From NCBI RefSeq assembly GCF_964355755.1, contig NC_092677.1, positions 7,028,101 through 7,092,100 on the forward strand: a stretch of 64,000 bases of DNA, in the 5' to 3' direction. Both the position numbers and the translations under genes were made by a program. The notes under the pieces are model-generated. The model did not search any database and was not told where the DNA came from. It worked only from the letters and a program-made list of their open reading frames with translations. Below are positions 37,737 to 51,899 of the stretch, piece after piece (the first letter of the stretch is position 1; every line of letters begins with the position of its first letter). The stretch comes from Antedon mediterranea (Eukaryota; Animalia; Echinodermata).

Positions 37737-40700
37737 ATGGAAGGGGACAATTCTTTTTCCAAACCCGAGGATTGCTCTCTTAATGACGAAACGATTGTGA
37801 ATAGTAGCGCTAGTACCAACGAAGAAGGAAATGAATCCATGCAATGTGACTTAACCCCAGAGAAACCGATTGTCGGTACACCGAACATTTATCAACTTGT
37901 AAGCCCTTCGTTTGATGATCATTTCAATGAAATTTCTTCCATTTTAACTTTTCATAAACCATTTGAAATCGAAGATAGATTAATTGAGTTTCTAGAAAGT
38001 AAGCCTCTACGATGTGATTGGAATGCTGTTTGGAGGTGTGAAAATCCCGAAGTAGACATACTTGTCAAGGTAGGCCTAACTAAACAAAAATATGTAGGTG
38101 ATTTTTAAAGGGTAAATCACTACGCTAGGCCTATTAGCCTAGTTATTGTTCTTGTATTGATGATGGACAAAATTTGGTTTTTCATCTTTTTCAGGTAGTT
38201 AAAATTTATACACGCAAGTTTATGACTGCAAGTATTAAGATACATGACTGTTTTGATTTTGGTGACGATTCTGAGAATTTGCGTCAACAAGTACATGAAT
38301 ACATACAGGCCACTAATAATAAGGTGCTGTTATTGGATCTATACCCAGTCTGTAGCGACAACGATGATGGACACCTACGAGAACTTGCATCGGCTATAGA
38401 ACAATTTAGGTAACAATTTATTTAGGGTAAAAACGTATCTAGAGGATATGAGTATTTTATAATATCGTTCCTTCATCAAAAAGTATAAACCACAGTTGAC
38501 GTCTCATGTGTATTGTATTTCAGTGTGCGGGTTTAAATCATTTTAAACTAGGCCTAAACTCTGAATCTGAGGTTTTAATTAATAATTCAATTTGTATTGT
38601 TTAAGGTTTTTCTATGATTTCGTATGGAGAGTTACCGACGAGGAAGATAACGATGAATGTGTTTATGCAACAAGAAGCCTTCATCCTAGATTGAAGTTGT
38701 AAGTAAATCGTTAAAAAAAAACATGGAAGAAGCATTGAATAAAGGCCCGTTTGTACTAGGACGATAATTGATTGATTACGATACACTATACTAGATAGGC
38801 TCTAAGTACCGTCATGCATGTCGTCTTTTTTTTTGGTTTATGTAGGAAAAATGTATGTTTATCGCCAATTGTATATAGTGTGTAGCAACTTTAAACGAAG
38901 TCACAAAAATTCCCTTTTGAAATCTAGATTTATTAAGCTTTGTCTATACACTATCAAACTAGTTTGTCAAAAAAAGTGATGTGCCCAAATATGGTAGTGA
39001 TATGACATCATCATGTCCATAAGTGGGCACATCACATTTTTTTTCACATAAAGTTTGATAGTAAAGACAAAGCTTTATGCACGCTATATTAATTTTTCGA
39101 TAGATACTACGAAATGAAGATGAATGCAACTTCTGTGGATGCGAAGAAGTATACAGAAGTGATACACGAGTATCAAACGGTGTATCGGGAGCTGCTGCGC
39201 CGACGTCTAGCCCTCGTAGAAAACGAAGGCTCAGACTCTGAATTAAGTGAACTTGATTTGATAGAAATAACCAATCTATATGAATGCTTAGTGCGCCTAA
39301 GCCAAACGTTGTCGGTGATGGAGACCCCTGCTCTAAGGTTAGTTTGTTTTTCAATAACCGGGAACAGCACGTATTTTAGTGGCAGCTATCACGAGCGTTG
39401 TCCGTTTAGTATGACATTTTTCGACAATGCAACAGTATTGTTAAATTTATAGTATGTTGTGCGTGTGTTTTGTAGAATGTTATTCTCGTCTGGAGGAACA
39501 AAAAGTGCGACGTACCCTAGTTGTGAAGCAAGAGGTGCAAGGTCTGATAGGTCCACGGTGACACATATAGTCTGCGACAAGTTAAAGGCTTATATGGTGC
39601 AGGTAATTAAACCATAACTATTGACATCGCCTAACAGAAGTATTAGTTTACACTCGTACAAGGCATCCAACATCCGCGCCCTTCCAAAATATTATAATGT
39701 AATGTAAAACTCTGTCTACACTATATTAAACTAGTTAGGGGAAAAAAGTGTGATGTGCCCAAATATGGTAGTGATATGACATCGTCATGTCCATATGTGC
39801 GCATCACATTTTGTTCTTGTGACATAAAGTTTGATAGTGGAGACTAAACTTAACTTTTAACTTATATTGTATTTGAAACTTGAAACTTAAACTCATTGTA
39901 TTAACAGAGTTTACAAAGTGATACAGAAATAATGCATCACAAGTCATTGGATGCTGCTTTACAGAGCAGCTTTGATGGCGATGACGTCATGCTTTATCCA
40001 GGTACTTACTCTTCGTGGGCTCTTTCGAACATGCATCAGTCCATTTCAATTAAAGGTAATCCTTTCTAACTTATGTTAATTCTGATACTACTGCTCTTTT
40101 TTGTTTTGCTGTGCAGTCTGTTACTACTCTTGTGTTGGGTACGCTACACTGGTTGGTGGTCAGTCGCCCTATTTTCATCGGCTTCTAAAGTGAAGTGTTT
40201 AAATGTCTTTTATTTCTTCATATCACGACGCGATGTATTGACACATTACAAATGATGATGCGATACAGCACTAAATTAAATTTTTGTCATGTTCATGCAT
40301 AATACACCGTCACTTGTTGATCGTTCGCGCCAAAATAAATTTAGATATTGAAAACGTGTCCTCTCGCACTGTATGTACTAGTACTATTTTATTTTATTCT
40401 CATTTCCGAAGGTGTTGGGGAGACCGCCCTCGTCGTCATCGACACAGAAGACATTCCTGTAGAAATCTCGTCGTACAAATTTGTTATGGAGAACGTCATG
40501 CTCACCTGCGATTCTTCCGCCAGTTCAGAGCCGGTGCTCGGTGTCAAGAGAGGTACTAGCGAGCTACGAAGGTGCATGCTGCAAGGTGGAACTGTGGGAG
40601 TTCTTGCTCATAGTCCGTGTTCGCTCATCATAAAAAATTGCAGCATACAGGGAGCAACTGTAAGGGTTTTAAAAATTTAGACCTATAAAGCTTGGTTACC

Positions 40701-41746
40701 ACTAGTCCGCAACGCAAGGAGGTAGCGCGGTGCACGTCATTGTGACCAATCACGACGTGATGGATATTCACAGGAGATGTCGCTTGCGTTTCTCCTACGT
40801 TGTTTCGTACAAGTGTGGTCAACCTTGAAATGCAGTGCTCATTTCTATGAATCTGTGTTATATATTGTCTATCAACCATTGTTGTTTTATTTTTTCTTTT
40901 TTTCTATATTAAGTTGTATCTGAAGCCCCGTCTACACTATAAAACGTTATGTGACAACAAATGTGATGTGGCCATATAATTATATATAGTGTATCACTAC
41001 CATAATTTGGATAGTCTAGACAATGCTTATTGGTTCCGTAAAAGCGATTTGACCATACGCCGCCATGAACCATTCCACTGTGAGATGGTTGTGCCTCACC
41101 TTGCTGCATTGCAATCACGTGGAAATCGAGCTTAATGCGTGCGCAGAGGCATGTTTGTTCTGTGAAACCTGGATGTCGTATTCGTTTTAACTACAAATGG
41201 CGATTGATATCACATAATTTTATTTTCAATTTACTTGTTTTATGATAATTATTTAGAAAGCTGGTTTACTTATTAAGCAAGGCTGTTCCGTTGAGTTGAC
41301 CGATAGTACGATTGTCCAGTGTGGCTCAGGCCAGCAGCTTAAAGGCGCTGACCAAGCAAAAACCGGTGGAATTATGATAGAAGTGAGTACAATAGTTTGG
41401 TTTTAATTGTTTTTTGGAGTTTTGTGCGTTGTCGTGACGGATACTAATCTGGATATGGATTTTCCATATTATTTATACTGTATATTTTATGGTATCAACC
41501 CTGTATATTTTGTTCTTCCTATAGATGAATGATACCAACGACGGTGATGAGAAGGCCACGATCAGTTGGAAGAACAACAAAATGATCGAGAACTACGACT
41601 ATGACATCTGTTTGGTTTCTGACGACGCGACAGAGCGCGTGATGACGTGTCGACAATTTCTTAACTACCCTCAACTTAACGTAGATTTGGCCCAAGACAA
41701 CGATTTAAAAGAACACAAGATTGGCATAGTTGGCTCCAGGCTTTAG
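37737..41746 (+). CDS. SHCBP1: SHC SH2-domain binding protein 1 / nessun dorma homolog (pectin-lyase-like beta-helix)
   Basis: Exons 37737-38069, 38195-38409, 38606-38698, 39104-39337, 39476-39602, 39908-40055, 40412-40659, 41257-41382 and 41525-41746 splice in frame. Motifs WNAVWR, ASAIEQFRFFYDFVWR..DEED..HPRLKLYYE, METPALR, ARGARS..VTHIV and FDGDDVMLYPGTY follow the order I recall for vertebrate SHCBP1. Confidence 0.88.
38936..39074. mobile_element. PIF/Harbinger-like MITE (further copies ~39708-39850, ~40923-41020, ~58790-58920)
   Basis: TIR AGCTTTGTCT..ACTATCAAACT, TTA on both flanks, internal GTGATGTGCCC/GGGCACATCAC inverted repeat; four related copies in the window. Confidence 0.8.
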
Positions 41747-43184
41747 AAATGTTTCTTTAATCATGATTATGACGCGAGTTTGATGACTGACGACTGAATT
41801 TACCTAATAATGACGTGACCATCTTCTCTCAACTTTTTTTCGCGATTTAAAAGAATATTTTTTTTCGATAAAACAAAACAAATCATGATATTTTTATTTT
41901 TTGTTAGTAGTAGAAGACGATGCGAAATCGACTAATGGTTTAAAGTGTTCTCAAATACCATCAATGTGGAAAATGTAATTATTTGAAAAGATCATAACAT
42001 TGACTTATATTATAGACTAATTTTTTTGTATGGCTTTTTGATAAAAAAAAAATCTAATAAATCATGACTGCAGCAGCACGCGGGCGCAGGTATTACGTGT
42101 TTTGTCCTGAGACCCGTAATACGATACGGCCCCCTGCTATGGGCATGGCCATGTTGTAGAGCTATCGTAATTAACGTACTTTATGTTGTTTGTGATGAAT
42201 TGTTTGTGCATATAGACTGGTAATTTATAGATATATATTAAATGCTCTATTTTGGTGAAATACTGTCTGTTTAACTGTATTTAATATATTGAAAAAAAAG
42301 TAACATTCTATAAATTCTACTTTTGTTTCCAACAGGCATAGATAGCCGCACTTTTAAGTTTCACTCATAAAAATTAGAATAATTACCGTACATTATGCTG
42401 CAAGAATAAACATTTCTAGCTCGAGAGTGTTTTTCACCGATAAAAAATTAATGTTTGTCATACTGTAAAAGTAGGCTAGTCATTAGTGGCCCAGCAGTCC
42501 CAATATTGCGCATAACCGCGCGTTCATCGTTGTGCGAAAGAATTCTGCAGCACAAAAACAGCGTGGCGGAAACATATATCAACACAAATAATCTATTAGT
42601 TGATACATCAACTGTGTATGAAATACTGAGCGATAAAATTCGACATTTTTCGATTATTTATTATTATTATTGAAGCCGTATCTGCGAGCACCTCAGCTCG
42701 ACGCTGGAGTTTTATCCACGAATTGGTGAAACTTATTCCGGCGGAGTGTGTGGCGAGAGTGTCACCAAACCAAAGCAACAAAGCAGTCACACTACCGAGG
42801 GAAAAAATCCAACCTAGATTTTTCTTTAAGAAGGCATTTTTTCTGGTGGCCAGAGCCACTAAGGATAATATTAATAAAGAGGGCACTCGAGGAGCTATGC
42901 CAGAGGTATGGTAGGCCTACATCATCGGAGTCCAGACGCCGTCATTTCCCTACCAACCGGACCATCACCGCGTCAAGTAGAGTGCCAGCCACAGAACGTG
43001 GAAAATGATCACCCAACTCCTTTGCTCGGTCAGTGTGGCGTGCAGTCTAGTCAGAGGCTGAATGTTCTCAGTTAAATGCAAAGGTATGTTATATGTTTTT
43101 ACTTCGCTATGTTGATTCAAACGGTTATTTCAAATGTTTAATAATTCGATACGTCAGTTTAATTTGTTGCTATTATTTTTTAAG

Positions 43185-43825
43185 ACTGATCACAGTATCT
43201 TCAGGATTAATATCAATGCCGTCAAAGAGTATGTCTCTGATATCATCGCATACAGCGTTAATATCGTCACCAACAAAAGTGCCACGAAGAAGACAACATT
43301 GATACAGCAACTACTGCAGATGCACTAAAATCAGGAATCTTCCGACGACTTTTATAAACAAAATCAAATAATCTTTTCATTTATAAAAAGACAAAATAAA
43401 CTGTTATTCAACCAAAACCCATTGACCTCCAGTCAATTTGACTACTTTGACAGTTTTTTCAAAGAAAACCATTTTTAAAAATCTCATTTTTGGTCAAAGT
43501 GAAAAACTATTATGTGACATTAAAATGGCATATTGAACAAAAACAGTAAAAAATAATTATTTTTTAAATGTTGCATACTACGCAAACTTCGACGAGGCTT
43601 TCGTAACACCAGACGCCATGAAACTGACGCAGTGGCCGAGCAAACAGAAATAATCAAAGACACTACTAATGGCATAAGCACAGATACCAATGCAAATGAT
43701 GCCAGCAATGGCAGTGATCTTCAGCAACTGATGAAGAAGAAAGAGTTTCAGACACCATTGATCTTGTTCACAATACTTCACGGCACAAGTAATTCCTCTC
43801 AGCGTTTTTATGCTACAAACACTAA
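43185..43825 (+). pseudogene. Disrupted paralog of the 3' part of the orphan gene at 7302-10575
   Basis: Encodes NINAVKEYVS, EEDN..SGIFRRLL, LRKLRRGFRNTRRH..DTNANDAS and IDLVHNTSRHK*FLSAFLCYKH*, matching exons 4-5 of the orphan gene. It has two frameshifts, TAA at 43790 and a ~220-bp insertion at ~43354-43577. Confidence 0.8.
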
Positions 43826-45029
43826 CCAACGTGCAGTTACATGAACTATTTATTATTATTATTATTATTATTATTGTTGTTATTATTATTATTATTATTT
43901 TGTATTTAGGATCGATATAGCAGTATTATGTTTTAAAACAATAATTATATATTATACTATGTCTCATATTTTGTCAAGTTGAATAATTCAAGGATTAATT
44001 TTTACATATTGGTTTAAGTTGTGTTCTTTTGATAGGAAAAGTTGGTATAATTGCTGGCTATTTTTTTTTAGATTAAAGAGTTAAAGAAACAAATTAATTT
44101 ATTAACCAAATTTTGTTTTATTTCTCGATACCGACATTATATCGATACAAGTAAAAACTGTGGAAATGCTAGTGTGTTGGTTTTGCAAATTTGTATTACT
44201 TAAAGATGTATAGTACCCTGAAAAAATATTAGTAATGTCACATAATAGTTATTTAATTTCACCGAAAATTGGATAGGAAAAAAATTATTCACCTAAAAAA
44301 ACTAATTTAAAGCAAAAAAATAGTCAAACTGGCTGCCAGCCAATGGGTTTTTGGTTAATTAAACCATGGAACTATAATAGTTCCCTGATTAAACCAAGTT
44401 CATGATTAAATCGTTTGTTTTATCATTTTATAAGTCAAAACATTATTTTTTCGGTGTTTTTTTTTTAAATTACAAAATGGCCTATTCAAAGTGTGATTTT
44501 ATTAATCTTCATTTTGGCACAAAATTGAAAAAAACAAATCGGTAACGTACGCCTGGATATATAAGACCATTGTTTCTTTCTATGACTGTAGAGGGGGTAA
44601 ATAAATGCAAACTCACGCTGAAATCGAGCTATATATCCAATACCAAATTGGCGAGTAAATCATGTTTTACTTTAAATTAAATGTATACGCTCTTCCACAA
44701 GGTCAATTGTTAGTTATACATACAGACTATATTAAAACAATGATTTTGAACACGTAGGGCATTTCTTTGAATTCTTTCCTATTGTCGTTTTGTGGTAATT
44801 TACAGCTTTTTATATATTTAACAAACGTACATAATCAATTGCGTCTGCATCATGCTAGACTACAACTTCCGGTAGTGACGTAATCAGCATATTTTTGGTA
44901 ATAAAACTTTTTCACTAAGCTAGGGAATCTTCTAATATCAATATTCATTAGACCGTACTTTAGTTAGCCAATCAAAATAAACGTATAAACAATTTTGCGG
45001 CGATGTTACATGTTGTTGAGGTAAAATAT

Positions 45030-48000
45030 ACTGTGTTTTACAATAACCAATTTGGTTAGAGTAAAACACAATGATAAAGAATAGGAAACATTTAATAATA
45101 TGATAAATGACATTTACATAGCAATTTATCACTGTGTTTTACTATAACCAATTTGGTTAGAGTAAAACACAATGATAAAGAATAGGAAACGTTTAATAAT
45201 ATGATAAATGTCATTACATAGCAATTTATCACTGTGTTTTACTATAACCAATTTGGTTAGAGTAAAACACAATGATATAGAATAGGAAACATTTAATAAT
45301 ATGATAAATGACATTCACATAGCAATTTAGCACTGTGTTTTACTATAAACAATTTGGTTAAAGTAAAGCAGAATGATAAAGAATAGGAATTTAATAATAT
45401 GATATATGACATTTACATAGCAATTTAGCACTGTGTTTTACTATAACCAATTTGGTTAGAGTAAAACACAATGATAAAGAATAGGAAACATTTAATAATA
45501 TGATATATGACATTCACATAGCAATTTAGCACTGTGTTTTACTATAACCAATTTGGTTAGAGTAAAACACAATGATATAGAATAGGAAACATTTAATAAT
45601 TTGATAAATGACATTTACATAGCAATTTAGCACTGTGTTTTACTATAACCAATTTGGTTAAAGTAAAACACAATGATAAAGAATAGGAAACATTTAATAA
45701 TATGATAAATGACATTTACATAGCAATTTAGCACTGTGTTTTACTATAACCAATTTGGTTAAAGTAAAGCAGAATGTTAAAGAATAGGAATTTAATAATA
45801 TGATATATGACATTTACATAGCAATTTAGCACTGTGTTTTACTATAACCAATTTGGTTAGAGTAAAACACAATGATAAAGAATAGGAAACATTTAATAAT
45901 AATGATTATTTACATAGCAATTTAGCACTGTGTTTTACTATAACCAATTTGGTTATAGTAAAACACAATGATATAGAATAGGAAACATTTAATAATATGA
46001 TAAATGACATTTACATAGCAATTTATCACTGTGTTTTACTATAACCAATTTGGTTATGGTAAAGCACAATGATATAGAATAGGAAACATTTAATAATATG
46101 ATAAATGACATTTACATAGCAATTTATCACTGTGTTTTACTATAACCAATTTGGTTATGGTAAAGCACAATGATATAGAATAGGAAACATTTAATAATAT
46201 GATAAATGACATTTACATAGCAATTTAGCACTGTGTTTTACTATAACCAATTTGGTTAGAGTAAAACACAATGATAAAGAATAGGAAACATTTAATAATA
46301 TGATAAATGACATTTACATAGCAATTTATCACTGTGTTTTACTATAACCAATTTGGTTATGGTAAAGCACAATGATATAGAATAGGAAACATTTAATAAT
46401 ATGATAAATGACATTTACATAGCAATTTAGCACTGTGTTTTACTATAACCAATTTGGTTAGAGTAAAACACAATGATAAAGAATAGGAAACATTTAATAA
46501 TATGATAAATGACATTTACATAGCAATTTATCACTGTGTTTTACTATAACCAATTTGGTTAAAGTAAAACATAATGATAAAGAATAGGAAACATTTAATA
46601 ATTTGATAAATGACATTTACATAGCAATTTAGCACTGTGTTTTACTATAACCAATTTGGTTATGGTAAAGCACAATGATATAGAATAGGAAACATTTAAT
46701 AATATGATAAATGACTTACATAGCAATTTAGCACTGTGTTTTACTATAAACAATTTGGTTATGGTAAAGCACAATGATATAGAATAGGAAACATTTAATA
46801 ATATGATAAATGACTTACATAGCAATTTAGCACTGTGTTTTACTATAAACAATTTGGTCAAAGTAAAACACAATGATAAAGAATATGAAACATTTAATAA
46901 TTTGATAAATGACATTCACATAGCAATTTAGCACTGTGTTTTACTATAACCAATTTGGTTATGGTAAAGCACAATGATATAGAATAGGAAACATTTAATA
47001 ATATGATAAATGACTTACATAGCAATTTAGCACTGTGTTTTACTATAAACAATTTGGTTAGAGTAAAACACAATGATAAAAAATAGGAAACATTTAATAA
47101 TAATGATTATTTACATAGCAATTTAGCACTGTGTTTTACTATACCCAATTTGGTTATAGTAAAACACAATGATATAGAATAGGAAACATTTAATAATATG
47201 ATAAATGACATTTACATAGCAATTTATCACTGTGTTTTACTATAACCAATTTGGTTATGGTAAAGCACAATGATATAGAATAGGAAACATTTAATAATAT
47301 GATAAATGACATTTACATAGCAATTTATCACTGTGTTTTACTATAACCAATTTGGTTATGGTAAAGCACAATGATATAGAATAGGAAACATTTAATAATA
47401 TGATAAATGACATTTACATAGCAATTTAGCACTGTGTTTTACTATAACCAATTTGGTTAGAGTAAAACACAATGATAAAGAATAGGAAACATTTAATAAT
47501 ATGATAAATGACATTTACATAGCTATTTATCACTGTGTTTTACTATAACCAATTTGGTTAAAGTAAAACATAATGATAAAGAATAGGAAACATTTAATAA
47601 TTTGATAAATGACATTTACATAGCAATTTAGCACTGTGTTTTACTATAACCAATTTGGTTATGGTAAAGCACAATGATATAGAATAGGAAACATTTAATA
47701 ATACTAGAGGGTGAGCTCGCTTCGCTCGCTTCCCCTCTAGGAAGTGTAGACGATGGTTTTCGGAATGATAATGTTCTCCTTATACATTTTCTGTCGGTTA
47801 CCATTATTGAAAATGCTTGACATTCGTAAAACTAAACTACTTTGTTTCAGAATCACAGTGTTTTAGATGATTAATAACATTTTAAAGTATAGTTTTTATT
47901 GTTTGGTAGGGCCCTTTGGGGAGGCGGAGGTCATTTGAGGGAGGTGCTTATTCGAGGGATATATGTTAAATTTTTTAGTTCTAATAATATGGTAACATTT

Positions 48001-49280
48001 ATAATCAAATGAAATCCTCTCATAGATATGAAAAGTGGTAAAAAAGAATAACAAATGCTTGGTAAATTGCAGATAACAGTGCGGTGAATTCTACTACAAA
48101 TAGTATAATTGTGTTATTATAAATATGTGGATGGACGTTTATTAGATAGTTGAGTTGGGGAGGGGGGGGGTGATGTTTTATTGGAGAGGCGTTTATTCAA
48201 ATGAATACCATCCTAATAATTATTAATACATTATTTAATTTAATCATCTTTTGAAACTAACTGCCGTGACAGAGTGGGCCCAAGAAAGAAGACATTACGG
48301 CTTGCAACATGGGCAGACATCTCGGTCCTAACGGGACACAGGAAGATAGCCTACAGTTATTCCTGCAAGCTTACTCAATAAAACTCAGCTATCGGGATTT
48401 CACTCGAAAAATGTCTTATCAAATCTCCCTATGTAATTTTATAATACTATTCCCCACAATATATTCTGATTCTTTATGGCGTATATTTAATTTGATCTTT
48501 ATTACTTTGCAGTATAATTCCTATTATTTAACTACTGTACCTTCACACACGTGTGGTATGTTTTAAAATAAACAAAAAACTGAAATGGCTATGATTAATG
48601 GCCAATTTTTTTTTCGTCTTCCAAAGGGACACTGTATTGATTGATGGAAAGTGCCTCTTTCCAGTCACCTTTAGGGTCAAATCTATTATTTTAACTGCTC
48701 CCTGGTGTATAAAAGAGAGAAAATATTTGAAACTAAGGTGAACTTATCTTAAACCCGGAAATTACTTTGACCGGGAAGAATTGAAATTGAGAGGAAAATC
48801 CAATGTTGAAATCATAAATGTTGTTAAAAAACTCTTTATAATATCTTCCTAAGATATAAATATGGAACAATAGCGTCGGCGTGCACACTAATGTTATCAA
48901 ATCTACGTTTCGCGGTACATCTCGGATAGATAAGGTAGGTATCCAAGGCGGAGATTTGTACCGAAGTTTTTGCATTGTGCTCGCCTATGTCAGAATTAAC
49001 CATAATTTATATATAGATGATAAATGACTTACTTAGCAATTTAGCACTGTGTTTTACTATAAACAATTTGGTTAAAGTAAAACACAATGATAAAGAATAT
49101 GAAACATTTAATAATTTGATAAATGACATTCATATAGAAATTTAGCACTGTATTTTACTATAACCAATTTGGTTATGGTAAAGCACAATGATATAGAATA
49201 GGAAACATTTAATAATATGATAAATGACATTTACATAGCAATTTAGCACTGTGTTTTACTATAACCAATTCGGTTATGGT
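45030..49280 (+). repeat. 101-bp AT-rich palindromic satellite, left arm (~26 units to 47703, ~2.5 more at 49018-49280 after the Helitron)
   Basis: Unit GCAATTTATCACTGTGTTTTACTATAACCAATTTGGTTATGGTAAAGCACAATGATATAGAATAGGAAACATTTAATAATATGATAAATGACATTTACATA (e.g. starts at 46321 and 46422). Confidence 0.95.
47704..49017 (-). mobile_element. Non-autonomous Helitron inserted in the satellite
   Basis: The minus strand begins TCTATATATA and ends CTAG, inserted exactly between A and T of the satellite motif TAATAATA|TGATAAATGAC with no TSD. Subterminal hairpin CTAGAGGG..CCCCTCTAG encloses GCTCGCTTCGCTCGC. Confidence 0.9.
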
Positions 49281-49849
49281 ATGACGAGACGAATCGATAT
49301 TCGTGTGACGAATAATCGCCAAATTATAATTAATATAATTAATTAATGAAATAAGATACGCACTTGATGTTTGCATCAATTGTTCTTTAGAATAAATACG
49401 TTCGTTTACACAACACTTTTTTTTATACTTTATTATTGATTATTATATTATACAGGAATACTATTTATTTCCTCATTTCTACCCAAGAATAAACAATTTT
49501 TGGATACAAAACTTTATGCATGTGAATTACATTACCAAAATATTAAAATGAGGATAAAAAAACATCGCCTAAAATACTCGTATTCAAAAGCTTCTGAAAT
49601 TTGTAGATATATGTCATGAAAAAGATTATTATATTATACAGGAATACTATTTATTTCCTCATTTCTACCCAAGAATAAACAATTTTTGGATACAAAACTT
49701 TATGCATGTGAATTACATTACCAAAATATTAAAATGAGGATAAAAAAACATCGCGTAAAATACTCGTATTCAAAAGCTTCTGAAATTTGTAGATATATGT
49801 CATGAAAAAGAAATTTGACATTCCCAATAATTTTTTTTGGCAAAAATGT

Positions 49850-51670
49850 AATATATGAAACATACAATTTACATAGTTTATCATTGTTTTTTATTAGAAC
49901 CAATATGGTTACACAGTTAAACATAGTGATAAAGAATAGATACTTGTTAGGTTACTACCCTACCCTCTAGTTTGAAGCGACATTATAAATTCATCGAGAA
50001 AAAAAACGTATCGTATTCAGAAACGTTTGACATTTTGTATAGATATGTTCAATAAGACGAAACAAATTATAAATTTCAAGACAAATCGATGACTTCCATT
50101 ATTTGCATTTCTAAAAATTCACACTTATGAAAGACCATACATTTTCAACATATTCGTTTTTTCTGTGTACCGAGTTTAGAAACTTTTTGAATACCAGACG
50201 TATTTTTTTGTGATGCTTTTTCATTTGAATTGTAGTATAAAATGTCATTGAAACGAGATAAAAATCATACAAGACATGTTATAATAGGTTGCTCTATATA
50301 CATAACAAAATTAGTTCTTTTTTTTTGGTAAGAATCGCCAATGAAGTAGAAAGTTATTTCAGATGTAGTGTGCATTTATACGTCATTAATAGTAGGCCTA
50401 AAATATAATATTAAATATTATAAAGAATATCAAACATTTTATGTTATGAAAAATAAAATTTACATATAAGTTTATCATTGTGTTTAAACACAGTGAGTGA
50501 TAAAGAATAGAACTGTTTTAGTTTATTTAACCCTAACCCTAGTTTGAAGCGATCACATATTTAATATTCATCGCTAAAAATACGTATCGTCTTGAAAAAC
50601 GTTTGATATTTGGTAGATATGTTCAATATAGGTTCTTACATCTATAATGCAAAAGAAATATCCTAATAGTTTTATTTTGATTTCTGGGAATCATCAATGA
50701 AGTAAAAATGTGTTGGAAATGTATTGTCTTTCATAAGTGTAAATGTTTAGAAATGCAAATTATTAAAATCACGAATTTGTCTTGAAACTTTTATTTTTTG
50801 TTTGTTTTATAGACGTAAGAACCTATTGAACATATTTACCAAATTTCAAATGTTTCTGAATACGATACGTTTTTTTTCGCGATGAATTAAGTATGTGATC
50901 GCTTCAAACTAGGGTTAAAGTTATAAAACCTAAAACAGTGTCTATTCTTTATCACTGTGTTTAACTGTGTAACCAAATTGGTTCTGTAAAACAAGGTGAT
51001 AAACTATGTAACTTGTATTTATTATTATTACATTATAATGTATCCTATAATGTAATATGAAAAATAAAATGTACATAGTTTATCATTGTGTTGTACTAAA
51101 ACCAATTTGGTTAAAAGTTAAACACAGTGTTAAAGAATGGAACTGTTAGGTTATTTAACCCTAACCCTAGTTTGAAGCGATAACATACTTAATTCATCGA
51201 TAAAAATACGTATCGTCTTAAAAAACGTTTGAAATTTGGTACAGGTTCAATATAGGTTCTTACATCTATAATGTAAAAGAAATATCATAATTTGTTTTAT
51301 TTTGATTTCTGGGAATCATCAATGAAGTAAAAATGTGTTGGAAAATGTATGGTATTTCATAAGTGTACATTTTTAGAAATGCAAATTATTAAAATCACGA
51401 ATTTTTCGTGAAATTTATATTTTTTGTTTGTTTTATAGACGTAAGAACCTATTAAACATATCTAACAAATTTCAAAAGTTTCTGAATACGATACGTACTT
51501 TTTCGCGATGAATTTATTATGTCGCTTCAAACTAGGGTTAGGGTTATATAACCTAAAACAGTATCTATTCTTTATCACTGTGTTTAACTGTGTCACCAAA
51601 TTGGTTCTGTAAAACAAGATGATAAACTATGTAACTTGTATTTATTATATTATTACATTATATGTATCCT
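49850..51670. repeat. ~610-bp units with ~200-bp internal inverted arms: two tandem copies (~50445-51050, ~51057-51670) plus one inverted partial copy (~49850-50160)
   Basis: Recurrent CCCTAACCCTAGTTTGAAGCGA..AAATACGTATCGT in alternating orientation; the outer arm ends resemble the satellite monomer. Confidence 0.75.
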
Positions 51671-51899
51671 ATTCTTTATCATAACGTTTAGATAATAAGA
51701 TATGTTTAATATAATATTTTGCTATGTAAATAACATCATATAATAAATGTTTCATTATCATTGTGTTTTACTGTAACCAAATTGGCTATAGTAAAACACA
51801 ATACTAAATTTGTATGTAAATGTATCATATTATTATATGTTTTCTATTCTTTATTTGTGTTTTACTGTATCCAGCGCAGTGCTAAATATCATTTATCAT

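Noticed and set aside
42455-43084. Short ORFs and splice-donor-like sites upstream of the paralog pseudogene
   Set aside because: They could be its 5' exons, but I see no similarity to the intact gene or to any known protein.
44858-44975. Promoter-like motifs (ACTACAA, CTTCCGG, TGACGTAA, CCAAT) at the left satellite edge, as a displaced PSMB5 promoter
   Set aside because: They lie downstream of a Kolobok-like left end (~44200) and may be TE-internal; there is no TSS evidence in the sequence.
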